Shown here one piece after another: positions 19,944 to 29,429 of a DNA stretch of 55,423 bases (position 1 is its first letter; each line of letters opens with the position of its first letter). Below the pieces are notes generated by a model. That model was not told where the DNA came from. It saw nothing but the letters and a program-made list of their open reading frames with translations, and did not search any database. Both the position numbers and the translations under genes were made by a program. Source of the DNA: a virus (taxonomy: Duplodnaviria > Caudoviricetes); the IMG/VR virus record IMGVR_UViG_3300048630_000485, positions 1 to 55,423 of that record. The stretch is one strand, 5' to 3'.

Positions 19944-22100
19944 CTATTCCTCGGCTTGGTCGCTTCGATTGATCTGGCGTAGGCGATCCCAGATATTGGA
20001 CTTTGCCGGGGCCGTCACCTCGATGCCGCGCTCTTTACCCTTTTCGAATGGCTTTGCCCATACGGGCGGGCGCTCCCAATCGATCTGCTGGCCGGCTGGC
20101 CGCGGCGGATCGAGCGTCTCGCGGCCGACCTCGCACGCCACCCATCCATCCCATGTTTCGTTCCGGCGCTGGATCGGAGTCCAAGCACCATTGACCAGCT
20201 GCTCGGCGCAGAGTTCGCGCACGACGTAATCCTTGACCACGGCAGGCAAGTGCATCCGTCCCGGCCCCGGCTCCTCCTTTTTCATTCGCATCGCGATTAG
20301 GTTCTTGATTTCGTGCACGTTCACCGTGCGCTCCCACACCGCGGCCGCAAGCGGTTTACCTTCGTCATCGTATTCGACCTTGCGGGGCTTGCCGTAGGTC
20401 ACGGTCTGCTTCGAGTTCGAGCCTTTGGTCAGGAGGATGCGGTAGAGCGGGATCGGATCAATCGGGCGTCCGACCACCTTGGCCGCCCATTTGCGCGCGT
20501 TGATGGTCGTTTCGTCCTCGCCGCCCGTGTCAACGCAGATACGCGCGATAGGCAGGTGCAAGCGCGGATCGAGCGCCAGCGGATATGTCTGGTTGAGCAC
20601 GCCGTTTTCGAGCACGTCCCAATCAGCCAGCCGGTGCGCGGGATCTATATTCGTAAATGCGGGCTGGCCGGTTTTTGGATCGGGCGGCGGTTGCTTGATC
20701 GCATACCAATCGATCAGCCAGCTCTCCCGATGCTCATCCCAGCCGATGACGCGCACCTCGAAGCGGTCGCCCTGAATATCCACGAATGCCGTGAGGAAAC
20801 GAACGCCGCTCGGCACTGTGCCGCGCAGATAGCTCGTATCGCGCAAGCGGCGCTTCACCGTCTGCCAATCGTCAATCTGCTTTTCGGTTTCGTTGCCCAG
20901 ATACGTCTCGCCGAGAGACTTGACCACGACCTCCTTGAGGCCGGTGTCGAGGCCGGTCCTGTCCGCTTCGAGCTTCGCGGCGACCCACTCGCGCGCCAAG
21001 CCGCCGATCGTGACGAACGGCGACATGAACCCGTGGATCGTGAAGCCCATGTATTCCTGTAGATGGGCCTCTCCCTGGATCAGGTTCTCATCGTCAATGT
21101 GCTGGTGCGGTTGCAGCCAGACACCGGCCCGGTTCATCTTGTCGCGTTCCGATCCAAGATAGCCCTTGGGATCGTCCTTCACCCGGTTGTCGCAGTGCGG
21201 GCATATCAGCTCGGCCTCGGCTTCGATCCGGTTGAGCAGGTCGCCGCGCTCCATGTCGATATACCGCTTGAGCAGATCGGCGACGTTCCAATTCATCCGG
21301 TGCTTCATGTCCGGCGAGGGCGAGGAATAGAAACCGCACGCCTGGCACTGCCACCACCAGAAATGCTCGAGACTGTCGCGCAGCACCGCATCGATGCCTT
21401 CGGCGGGGCCTTCGTCGGGGTGGGAGCAGATATACGCGAGCGCCGCGGTGCCGAATTCGCGCTGGCGGTTGATGAGGCGCGTGACGATCGATCGGCGCAC
21501 GGCCTTCGGGTAGCCGTCGATTTCGTCGGCGCCGATGAGCGGCGCGGCCTTGGCGCGCGTCGTGCCTTTCGTGGCAGGAAGCCAGCGCGCCAGCTTGCCG
21601 CCGATGCGCTTGCGCGATCGGGAATTGCGGCGATCGTTCCATTTGATTTTCGCGGCGACTTGCTCGTGGTTCTCGAGCATCCACTCGCCACGTTCTTCCA
21701 TGAAATCGTCAATGTCGGCGTTGCTCTGCATATACCAGAGCACGTTGACGGAAGGCCCGTATATCCAGTGCTTCAACGCTCGGTTTTCGAGGCCGACCGT
21801 TTTACCGGAACGCGCCGGCCCTTTGACCGCGACGACGCGCACCATCGGAATATCGGACGTGTCCTGGATGCCTACCATGTAGGGCGTGAGGTCGGGGTTC
21901 CACCGCACCTTGCCGCCAGCCGGGCCGGGAAGCACGCGGTGCTTGATGGCGCATTCGGTCGTGGAAATGTATTCGGCCGGCTTGGCCATATCGAGGTGCA
22001 GCGCGAATGCGGAGCGCGCGTCCCCGTCGTGCCTATGCTGGCTTAGATCGGCGAGCCTTTTTTCGAGGCTTCGCAGTTCGGCTTGGTCCGTCGTCAACAT
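19944..22100 (-). CDS. terL: Terminase large subunit, lambda gpA family
   Basis: TPY, Walker A GPARSGKT, ADEID, Zn-ligand CQAC/CPHC, nuclease FVDIQGD and RRNETWD; start uncertain (22100 or 22118). Confidence 0.95.
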   Translation of the reverse strand: MLTTDQAELRSLEKRLADLSQHRHDGDARSAFALHLDMAKPAEYISTTECAIKHRVLPGPAGGKVRWNPDLTPYMVGIQDTSDIPMVRVVAVKGPARSGKTVGLENRALKHWIYGPSVNVLWYMQSNADIDDFMEERGEWMLENHEQVAAKIKWNDRRNSRSRKRIGGKLARWLPATKGTTRAKAAPLIGADEIDGYPKAVRRSIVTRLINRQREFGTAALAYICSHPDEGPAEGIDAVLRDSLEHFWWWQCQACGFYSSPSPDMKHRMNWNVADLLKRYIDMERGDLLNRIEAEAELICPHCDNRVKDDPKGYLGSERDKMNRAGVWLQPHQHIDDENLIQGEAHLQEYMGFTIHGFMSPFVTIGGLAREWVAAKLEADRTGLDTGLKEVVVKSLGETYLGNETEKQIDDWQTVKRRLRDTSYLRGTVPSGVRFLTAFVDIQGDRFEVRVIGWDEHRESWLIDWYAIKQPPPDPKTGQPAFTNIDPAHRLADWDVLENGVLNQTYPLALDPRLHLPIARICVDTGGEDETTINARKWAAKVVGRPIDPIPLYRILLTKGSNSKQTVTYGKPRKVEYDDEGKPLAAAVWERTVNVHEIKNLIAMRMKKEEPGPGRMHLPAVVKDYVVRELCAEQLVNGAWTPIQRRNETWDGWVACEVGRETLDPPRPAGQQIDWERPPVWAKPFEKGKERGIEVTAPAKSNIWDRLRQINRSDQAEE

Positions 22101-22704
22101 CGACACCGAGCATATCACTCAATTCCGCGTGGATGGCCAGCTGTGCCGTGCGTCCCTGCTCGCCGATGGCCGCGCGCGTCTCGACCGGAAGCAGGCCGTT
22201 CGGGTCTACGCGCTGCTCCAAGGTCGACAGGTGATCGGACAGGATGGCGTAGATCCGGGCGGCGGTGGCCGTGACCTCGGAAGCCGGGATATATTCGCGC
22301 TGCGTGCGTTCCCGCTCCTCGATTTCGGCACGCACCCGCGACAGCTTGAGTAGCTCGCTCGGCGGGAGGATGACCGCGTTCTTGGGCCGTTTCCCACCTT
22401 TGCCGCCCAAGCCAAGGATCGCTGCGGCGCGCGCCTGGCGCTCGAGTTCTTCCTCATCCTCGCGCGTCTCGTATTTGAGCAGCGCCTCGATCGCGGCGCG
22501 GGCGGGAAACAGGAGCGATCCCCGCGGGCCATCCTGCGCCGCGGGGAAGTTCTCGACCTGATTGCGCAGGTTGGTGAAGGCCCCTTTGCTCGCCATTCCC
22601 ACCAGGTGCACGAGTTCGGTGTTCGAAAGCACGTCCTCGGGCTTGGCGCGCCGCAGAGCATTTTGCAGGCGCGTGATGCGCTCGATATTCGATCCGCGGG
22701 CCAT
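22033..22704 (-). CDS. terS: Terminase small subunit (Nu1-like), 223 aa
   Basis: Overlaps terL 5' end; N-terminal winged-HTH-like region and REYIPASEV motif. Confidence 0.75.
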   Translation of the reverse strand: MARGSNIERITRLQNALRRAKPEDVLSNTELVHLVGMASKGAFTNLRNQVENFPAAQDGPRGSLLFPARAAIEALLKYETREDEEELERQARAAAILGLGGKGGKRPKNAVILPPSELLKLSRVRAEIEERERTQREYIPASEVTATAARIYAILSDHLSTLEQRVDPNGLLPVETRAAIGEQGRTAQLAIHAELSDMLGVDVDDGPSRTAKPRKKARRSKPA

Positions 22705-22705
22705 G

Positions 22706-23230
22706 TCAGGTCACATTACCACGATCGTCGGCAATGTCTTGCAGGGCGTCCAGCATCGCACGCTCCGCTTCCAGCCGGGCAACGCGCGGCTCGATCGCAT
22801 CCACGACACGAGACACGAGCTTGTTGGGCCACGGCTCCCGCTTCCTCGCTTTCGCCAGTTCGGGCAAAACGAGCGACATGGGATATTCCTGTAGCTCATC
22901 GGCGGCCCCGGCGATCCATTCCTGCTTATCATCGGGATGCCAGCCGCCACCGGTCAACCGCAGGTAGGCACCGAGTTCAACCGTGAGCTGATCGTCAAGG
23001 CGTCCATCCTGGGAGGCATTGGTCATTTCGCCAGCCAATCCGGCTCGAGACAGCACAAGCTCCCGGCGAAATTCATCGCTAATAGTCGCGGCTATCTCCT
23101 CCCGATCGGCTTTGTTGGCGAGAAGCTCGGCGGCGCGCGAGCGCGCTAAGCGTTGCCTGCTCTGCTGGGCCCATCCGGCTTCCGTCAGCGCGTTCGCCGC
23201 TGTGCTGCCCGCTTCCACTATCGCGCTCAT
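22706..23230 (-). CDS. Replication-module hypothetical protein, 174 aa
   Basis: GGAGG RBS; directly downstream of and overlapping the initiator gene. Confidence 0.7.
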   Translation of the reverse strand: MSAIVEAGSTAANALTEAGWAQQSRQRLARSRAAELLANKADREEIAATISDEFRRELVLSRAGLAGEMTNASQDGRLDDQLTVELGAYLRLTGGGWHPDDKQEWIAGAADELQEYPMSLVLPELAKARKREPWPNKLVSRVVDAIEPRVARLEAERAMLDALQDIADDRGNVT

Positions 23231-24035
23231 AAACGCCCTCCATGATCTTGCCGAAATTAGCGGCCTTCAAGGCCCAGGTCAGTGCTAGTTTGAATGGTTC
23301 GGTGCGCTCTTTCGAAGGGCGCACCCTGCCTTGCAGGAACGGGCTGGCATCGATGTGATCGAAGAATTCGGCCCACATTTCGCCAACGTCCTGCCCCTGC
23401 TCGGTCTGCTTCGAGCGATTGAGGATCGCGCGGCGGCGGTTCGCATCGAGCGGCAATCTACAAGCCCTGATACCGGGATGCTTTTCGGCCGCTTCGTTCC
23501 ATCGCTCGGTCACTTTCTCGACCAGCTCGTTTTCCAAATCTGCTCGCTCACGAACGGCTGGCAACGCGATGTTGCCAGTGAATAAGGTTTCAGATTCGGT
23601 TTCACTTTGGTTTATGGGTGCACCCTGTGCACGGGGGGGTGCACCCTGTGCACGGGGGGGGTGCACCTCGTGCATGGGGGGGGGTGCACCCTGTGCACGG
23701 GGTTCATCGCCCTCATTCACGTCGAAAAGGTCGGCCAATCCGCGCTCTTTGTGGCCGCGCATCGCATCGAGCTTCGGCATGTTTTCGAGCACGAACTGAT
23801 AGACGTTCGAGCTATCCTTGCGGTGCAGGACGCGCAGCAATCCCATAGCGCATAGATCCGCCGTGGCTTTCTGCACCATGCGCCGCGAAATCCCGCATTT
23901 GCGCGCCAACGTCGCTACGGCTGGGAAGGCCGTGCCGTCATCCCAAGCACTGTCCGCGATCGCCACTGCGACAAATTTGGTCATCCCTCCAATATCCTCA
24001 CGCCACCAGACGCGATTGAGAACGTCGTTACTCAT
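23079..24035 (-). CDS. Replication initiator with N-terminal HTH (lambda O-like), 318 aa
   Basis: AFPAVATLARKCGISRRMVQKA HTH, internal iterons, C-terminal WALKAANFGKIMEGVY motif. Confidence 0.85.
   Translation of the reverse strand: MSNDVLNRVWWREDIGGMTKFVAVAIADSAWDDGTAFPAVATLARKCGISRRMVQKATADLCAMGLLRVLHRKDSSNVYQFVLENMPKLDAMRGHKERGLADLFDVNEGDEPRAQGAPPPMHEVHPPRAQGAPPRAQGAPINQSETESETLFTGNIALPAVRERADLENELVEKVTERWNEAAEKHPGIRACRLPLDANRRRAILNRSKQTEQGQDVGEMWAEFFDHIDASPFLQGRVRPSKERTEPFKLALTWALKAANFGKIMEGVYERDSGSGQHSGERADGSRMGPAEQATLSALARRRASRQQSRSGGDSRDY
23578..23702. repeat. Putative replication origin: 4 iterons plus adjacent AT-rich tract
   Basis: GGTGCACCCTGTGCACGGGG three times and variant GGTGCACCTCGTGCATGGGG at 23617-23702; AT-rich 23578-23615. 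Confidence 0.8.
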
Positions 24036-24044
24036 GTCTCTCTC

Positions 24045-25556
24045 CTAGAAACCCAGCTCACCGGACACGGCGGGCTTTTCGAAATCGCCGCCGCGGATCG
24101 CGGTGTATTTTCCGTAAAATTTGCAGGTGCGCGTTTTGACCTCGCCGTGGCGGTTCTTCGCCAGGATCAGGTCGACGCGGTTGCGACAGCGGGCCAAGTC
24201 GGCCTGCCACTCGTTATGCGCGTCCTGGTAGTCTTTGCGGCTGCGCTCCGGCTCGTTGCGCTCGAGGTAGTATTCCTCGCGATAGACGAACAGAACCGCG
24301 TCGGCGTCCTCCTCGATCCGCCCGCTCTCACGCAGATCGCTTAAGCGGGGCCGTTTGTCCTCGCGCTGCTCCAAGGCACGCGAGAGTTGCGACAGGGCGA
24401 TGACCGTGACGCCGAAATCCTTGGCGATCCCGAGAAGCGTGCTCGAAATCTCATTCACAGCCCGGCGATCGTCATCAATCTCGCGCCCATTTTTCGACGC
24501 CTTGAACAGCTGCATGTAATCAACCACCACGACGCGCAGGCGCCGCCCGCTTTCCTTCCATTTCGCAGCGGCACGCGAGACATAGGTGCGCAGGCGCCGA
24601 ACATCGCAGCGCCCCGGCACCTGGTAATCGATTGGGAGGCTCTCGGCCCTCTCGCGCAATGTCTGGTAGTGCGCGCGCTCGAGCGGCGTGAGCCGGTCCT
24701 TTCGGATCGCGTCATGCTCAATCGGAATGTCTGTATCGAGCGACAGGTCAGCGACGAACCGCATCGCGAGCGTCTCTGGGGTGCCTTCCGCCGCGAGATA
24801 GAGCGTCGGGAAGCCTTGCGAAGCGAAACCCCACGCCGCCGAGCTGCCCATTGTCGTCTTGCCCATGGACGGGCGCCCACCTAGCACGACGTAGGTTCCA
24901 TCCTCGATCGGGCCGAGCAGGGTGTTGAGGTCCGACACCGTGCCGCATTTGACGCCAACGTGTTCTTCGAGCGTCTCGCGGGTGATCCGGTCGGATCGAT
25001 CGATGACGCGCCCCACCATGTCGGCGGCGGTGTCGACCGGCGTTTTCTTGATGAGGCCCGATCCCTGCGCCATCGCTTCGTCAAGGATCAGCACGGACTC
25101 ATCGAGGTTGCCACCGTCCCGATAGTCCTCGACCATCATGCGCGTCGCGGTGACAATCTGCCGCAGCTGGGAGAATTCGGCTATTTGCGTGGCGAGCTCG
25201 CGGAACGCGAACACGCCCGATCCATCGGCGGTCAGCTTCGCGAGGTAGGCGATGCCGCCCAGATCGTTGATTGCCGGATCACGCTCGAAGATCGGCTTCA
25301 ATGTGACCGGCGTGACCGTCTTGCCCTGCTCGTAAAAGCGGAGCGTCTGCGCGAATAGGCGCTGATGCAGCGGGAGATAGAAATCCTCTGCGGTGAGCAG
25401 CTCCGATACGTGATCGAGCACCGCGTTATCGATCAGGATGGTGCCGAGCAGCAAAGCCTCGGCTTCGAGGTTCATCAGCCCGGCATGCGGGTCGTTTTCC
25501 GCGCTCCGGATGCCCTCCTGCTTCTTCCAATCTTCGAAATCAGTGTCGTCGCCCAT
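24045..25556 (-). CDS. dnaB: Replicative DNA helicase, DnaB family, 503 aa
   Basis: GRPSMGKT, VVDYMQL, LSQLSR, LSDLRESGRIEEDAD, AKNRHG. Confidence 0.95.
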   Translation of the reverse strand: MGDDTDFEDWKKQEGIRSAENDPHAGLMNLEAEALLLGTILIDNAVLDHVSELLTAEDFYLPLHQRLFAQTLRFYEQGKTVTPVTLKPIFERDPAINDLGGIAYLAKLTADGSGVFAFRELATQIAEFSQLRQIVTATRMMVEDYRDGGNLDESVLILDEAMAQGSGLIKKTPVDTAADMVGRVIDRSDRITRETLEEHVGVKCGTVSDLNTLLGPIEDGTYVVLGGRPSMGKTTMGSSAAWGFASQGFPTLYLAAEGTPETLAMRFVADLSLDTDIPIEHDAIRKDRLTPLERAHYQTLRERAESLPIDYQVPGRCDVRRLRTYVSRAAAKWKESGRRLRVVVVDYMQLFKASKNGREIDDDRRAVNEISSTLLGIAKDFGVTVIALSQLSRALEQREDKRPRLSDLRESGRIEEDADAVLFVYREEYYLERNEPERSRKDYQDAHNEWQADLARCRNRVDLILAKNRHGEVKTRTCKFYGKYTAIRGGDFEKPAVSGELGF

Positions 25557-25559
25557 GGC

Positions 25560-26972
25560 CTAGGCTCCTGCAAATAAGGGGGTATCTCCGCCGTCCATGG
25601 CATTGATGCGAAAATGAATATCGCCGACGTAATCGGCGCTCTGCTCGATAAGGATTGCTTCGAAGCCCTCACGGGCCGCTGCGATCCCGGTACTGCCCGT
25701 GCCGGCGAATATGTCGAGCACGGTGCCGCCTGGGGGCGTGACCAGCCGAACCAGCCACCGCATGAGGTCGAGCGGCTTCACCGTAGGGTGGCGAATGACG
25801 TGCTTCGATCCGTGACCGCAGCCCGGATCGCGCCCCAGCGCCCTCGCACCGCATTGCGAGCACCGCGAAACGCGGTCCATCGCATCGGCCTTGGCCGAGA
25901 AGAAGAAACGCGCAGCGCTGCCACCGAGATCATCATATTCGGCCCCGGTGTGCGTCATGCCCCACCCTTGTCCGGATTGGCCCGCACGCGGTTTTCCAGC
26001 CTTGGCAGGCGCAGTCATCGGGAAGCACGCGAGCACCTCCTCACTGCCGTCATGCACGAGGTTCGCGGGGAAGCGGCCGGGCGCGTCATAATCGTCACGA
26101 TCACGCGAGAACGCACCATAGATTTTGTTGTTCGTCGGGCCACTTCCGAACCGGGCGTGACTGTTCTTCGTTTTGCTCTCGGCTTCGTCCTCCGCAGAGG
26201 CGAACGGCACCCGGCATCCCTCGATATTCAGCGATCCGACGCCGTGGGCAATCACGTTGCGCGCGATGCTGGTTTGATCCATCGGCGCGCGCGCCATACA
26301 GATCGGTTCGAGCGCTGGTTTCAGCGCGGTCCCGTGGCCCTGTCTGGCCTTGGCCTCGTCGCTGGCCGGGAGATACCGACGGGCGGCCCGGTTCACGGCT
26401 TCGGCGTCGTCCATCCACGGCCGTTGCCAGCCCCCCTCACCCTCATCGCCGCGCATCGAGCCTCGCCTCTGCCAATCGGCGTGCGCCGCACTCTTGGCAT
26501 CCCCGTAGGTGCCTTCCTGCCCCAGGGCCTTGTCTATGAATTTGTCGACCGGCTGGCTTTTCGGCATCCCGGAGCCGTAGGTCCACGCGATCATGTCGCG
26601 GATATCAAATCCGGCATCCTCGATCGCTACCGCCATGCGGTGATACGTGCGCGTCGCACCGAACGACAGGAGATAGCCGCCGGGCCGAAGCAGCTGCCGC
26701 GCAAGATCCCAAGTCTCGCGCTCGAAGGCGATGCGGCGGCCATCAGCGTCCGCGCCATCCCAGCCCTGCCCCATAAAACCGCTCGAAGCCCGGGCGAACA
26801 CGCCGGTTTCCTTCGATTGCGCCGCAGCGGCGTTCTGCCCGCCAAACCGCTTGACGATAGATTCAAGGTGATAGGGTGGATCGCAGACGATGGAGTCGAC
26901 TTTGAAGCCCTCGGCGATGAGGCGGCGCATTTCCTCGTGGCAATCGCCGTGGTGCACTAGCGGGCGTGGCAT
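25560..26972 (-). CDS. DNA N6-adenine/N4-cytosine methyltransferase (beta class), 470 aa
   Basis: DPPY near N-terminus, HPTVKP and LDIFAGTGST near C-terminus. Confidence 0.92.
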   Translation of the reverse strand: MPRPLVHHGDCHEEMRRLIAEGFKVDSIVCDPPYHLESIVKRFGGQNAAAAQSKETGVFARASSGFMGQGWDGADADGRRIAFERETWDLARQLLRPGGYLLSFGATRTYHRMAVAIEDAGFDIRDMIAWTYGSGMPKSQPVDKFIDKALGQEGTYGDAKSAAHADWQRRGSMRGDEGEGGWQRPWMDDAEAVNRAARRYLPASDEAKARQGHGTALKPALEPICMARAPMDQTSIARNVIAHGVGSLNIEGCRVPFASAEDEAESKTKNSHARFGSGPTNNKIYGAFSRDRDDYDAPGRFPANLVHDGSEEVLACFPMTAPAKAGKPRAGQSGQGWGMTHTGAEYDDLGGSAARFFFSAKADAMDRVSRCSQCGARALGRDPGCGHGSKHVIRHPTVKPLDLMRWLVRLVTPPGGTVLDIFAGTGSTGIAAAREGFEAILIEQSADYVGDIHFRINAMDGGDTPLFAGA

Positions 26973-27193
26973 TTCGCCTCCCTATCTCCGAGCTGCTCGA
27001 GCACTCGGCCGCCAGCGGCGCAGGTGCAGGCCTGCCACTGGCTCGGCCCGATCGGGATGACGCCGCAATCGTCGCATCTCTGGCATTTCGCATCGCACGG
27101 GCCGGGGCGCCCCATGATGTGCAGCGTGGCGCCGTGCGTGGCGCGGTTCTTGGCCTGGGCGAATTCGCGGATATGGCGAGGAGCGCGCTTCAT
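26957..27193 (-). CDS. Small Cys-rich hypothetical protein
   Basis: ATGA coupling; CxxC pairs. Confidence 0.6.
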   Translation of the reverse strand: MKRAPRHIREFAQAKNRATHGATLHIMGRPGPCDAKCQRCDDCGVIPIGPSQWQACTCAAGGRVLEQLGDREAKCHAR

Positions 27194-27372
27194 TTCGCCA
27201 CCGCCGGGCAACACCGCGCCCATTCAGCTCTGGACAGAACGAACGGCGGGCAATCTGGTCGGCGCACCATGACGTGGGTGTCGGTCGCGACCATCGCGAC
27301 GATCAGACCACCACCTTTCATCGCTTTCGGCATGTTGCGGAGCTCGCCGCCTTGCGCTGCGGGCGCCTTCAT
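27190..27372 (-). CDS. Hypothetical protein, 60 aa
   Basis: ATGA overlaps on both sides. Confidence 0.6.
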   Translation of the reverse strand: MKAPAAQGGELRNMPKAMKGGGLIVAMVATDTHVMVRRPDCPPFVLSRAEWARCCPAVAK

Positions 27373-27575
27373 GGCCGTAGCTCCACGCGCGGGTCTGCTT
27401 TCAGCTGTTCGTATTCGTCGTGGGTCAGGTAAACGGTGCGGCCCTTGCGCACCGCAGATCCTTTACGAACGACCAGCGTATGCCCGAAATCATTAATTTC
27501 AGTGCCGGGATCGACCGGCACCAACGTAATCTGGTTCATCGCTGGCGTGACCAGCGTGCCGAGAAATTCGCTCAC
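27369..27575 (-). CDS. Hypothetical protein, 68 aa
   Basis: GTGA overlap with upstream gene. Confidence 0.65.
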   Translation of the reverse strand: MSEFLGTLVTPAMNQITLVPVDPGTEINDFGHTLVVRKGSAVRKGRTVYLTHDEYEQLKADPRVELRP

Positions 27576-27748
27576 AAGCGGTTCCCCCGGTCATCAATCG
27601 CGGCGCAGATGAGGAAGGTGCAAAGCATGAGCGTTGCGATTGCTCCCCCGACAATGACGCCCTCGAGGCTCTTTAGAAAGTTGGAGAGGGCGGTCAGCGC
27701 CATCGCCAGCACCATCCAGATCCTCGCCCATTTCGTTGCGTTACTCAT
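27572..27748 (-). CDS. Small membrane protein with two hydrophobic segments
   Basis: ATG overlaps RuvC-like stop; IWMVLAMALTAL and VIVGGAIATLMLCTFLICA. Confidence 0.6.
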   Translation of the reverse strand: MSNATKWARIWMVLAMALTALSNFLKSLEGVIVGGAIATLMLCTFLICAAIDDRGNRL

Positions 27749-28314
27749 TTTCGGTTCGCTCCCATGAAAGTCGCATCGCGCCACGGGCGGTTTTCGCCCG
27801 GGAGCTGCGTAAGGAAATAATCGAGGATGCCGCAGGCCTCGGCCGCGTTATCGTCGGTGGTCGGCCAGCCGAACGCTTCGCACTGCGTCAAACAGGCCTG
27901 CTTGACCTCGGCCCGCTTCATGCCGGTGCCTTTGCCGAGAAAGTGCTTGCGCCAGGTGCCGATCGGGACGGCCCAACAACTCACATTCGCCGCCTCGCAG
28001 AACATTTCGGTGATCGCAGCGAGCCCGATGAGCTTTTTCGCCACGTTCATGTCGAGCGTGACGGTTTCCTTGATCCCGCCAGGCCCGCGTTTCTTCTGCA
28101 TCGCGATGTGCTGCTCTTCGTAGGCGATGTGCGTGAAGCCGTAGGCCTGATGCTTCTCCAGCAACCAATTCCACAATTTGAGGCCGGCTGGTCCGATCAC
28201 TTGCGGATTACGAGGGAGCTGGAGCGAGCCGTAGAACGGGCGGTCCATGCCTGCGCGATGAACCGCCCACCCCGTGGTCGTAGCCAAGTCGAGAGCTAGG
28301 ACCGAAAAGCTCAT
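27745..28314 (-). CDS. RuvC-like Holliday junction resolvase
   Basis: VLALDLATTTGWA, AYEE, WRKHFLGKG and DDNAAEA motifs. Confidence 0.85.
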   Translation of the reverse strand: MSFSVLALDLATTTGWAVHRAGMDRPFYGSLQLPRNPQVIGPAGLKLWNWLLEKHQAYGFTHIAYEEQHIAMQKKRGPGGIKETVTLDMNVAKKLIGLAAITEMFCEAANVSCWAVPIGTWRKHFLGKGTGMKRAEVKQACLTQCEAFGWPTTDDNAAEACGILDYFLTQLPGENRPWRDATFMGANRK

Positions 28315-28901
28315 TTCGGATCGGTTTCCCAATCTGCCATAAGCTCATCGGCTTTCGCGACTGCGAGGGTGCGCGTCATCGCGCCCTTCTCCTCGGTCGT
28401 GAGGTCTTTGTAGATGCCATCGGCCAAGGGATAAGCCTCGGCATCGTTCATGTCGCTTTCGGCAGTGATGCGCTCCACCACGACGGACTTGAACGTCGCC
28501 GGGTCCAGCCGATCGCCCTCGCTCTGACTATCATCGCCATCGGACTTCGCGGTTTCGGACTTGCCGCCGCTGGGCATGCGAACGACGTTCGTGCCTTCGG
28601 CCTTGTCCATCATGTCGCCCTGGTCGTTCCATCCCGCAGCCTCGCCGAGCTTGATGATCGTGCGCAGAATATCCTTGCGCTCGTGATCCTCTTTCCCGTC
28701 GAGCGTGAGGAACATGCGAGCGCCGATCTTGTTGACGCCCTTCTTCTCGATTTGATCGTAGAGGCCGCTGACCTCGCCATTGATGCCCGAGACCTGATCC
28801 TTCTTCGCCTTCACGCGATCGCGTAGGATCGAGCAGGCACCGGCGTAATCCGGCCCCTTAATCTCGGCTGCGATCGCCTCGGCATTTGCCTTACGTCCCA
28901 T
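28311..28901 (-). CDS. GapR/DUF2312-like DNA-binding protein with acidic C-terminal extension
   Basis: AAGGA RBS; N-half pattern (coiled coil, LYDQIEKKGVNK, EDHERKD, LGEAAGW) resembles DUF2312 by eye. Confidence 0.55.
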   Translation of the reverse strand: MGRKANAEAIAAEIKGPDYAGACSILRDRVKAKKDQVSGINGEVSGLYDQIEKKGVNKIGARMFLTLDGKEDHERKDILRTIIKLGEAAGWNDQGDMMDKAEGTNVVRMPSGGKSETAKSDGDDSQSEGDRLDPATFKSVVVERITAESDMNDAEAYPLADGIYKDLTTEEKGAMTRTLAVAKADELMADWETDPK

Positions 28902-29163
28902 GCTGGTTTCCTTGGCCGGTGGGTTGAACACTCCGCCGCGACGCAACCGGCCGGTGCAAATGCGCGACGAAATCGGCTGGCAGAAGGTCGACCCCCACCT
29001 CTGCGGCGCGGTCGAGCAAGGGCTGATGCCATTCCTGGGGGATGGCGCCGCGCTGCTTCCAGTTCCACACTCGCTTGTAAGGATGGCCCGTGCGATCGGA
29101 CTGTTCGGCGGTGTCCTCGCCAAACTTCGACAATACGCAATCCGCCTGTGTTTCTTGCTGCAA
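28891..29163 (-). CDS. Cro-like HTH regulator, 90 aa
   Basis: VWNWKQRGAIPQEWHQPLLDRA...DF pattern; first gene of the leftward unit; TTG start. Confidence 0.7.
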   Translation of the reverse strand: MQQETQADCVLSKFGEDTAEQSDRTGHPYKRVWNWKQRGAIPQEWHQPLLDRAAEVGVDLLPADFVAHLHRPVASRRSVQPTGQGNQHGT

Positions 29164-29228
29164 CGCGATGGCCCCGCTTGCTTGTTGAACGAGCCGGGCA
29201 ATAGGCGCGCCGATCCGCTGCGGTCAAT

Positions 29229-29290
29229 GAGAATTATTCCATGGCGTGGAATTATCGGGGTTGCATGGCCAGTAATTTAAGGCCATTGGA
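29229..29290. promoter_or_regulatory. Divergent control region with two palindromes (candidate operators)
   Basis: AT-rich island between divergent units; ATTCCA-N5-TGGAAT (29236-29252) and ATGGCC-N10-GGCCAT (29265-29286). Confidence 0.6.
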
Positions 29291-29429
29291 GCGGGGCGCA
29301 GATAAGCGCGCATCGGGCCATCGACATGACACACGATCAGAAATTGAGGATGAAAATCGGCGTTGCGATGCTGACTTTGATCGTTCTGGTCGTCTCGTGC
29401 CAGGCCCACGTCGGTTGAAAGGAAAGCCC

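Noticed and set aside
27572-27748. Holin call for the two-helix membrane ORF
   Set aside because: No adjacent endolysin or spanin, and it lies among replication genes
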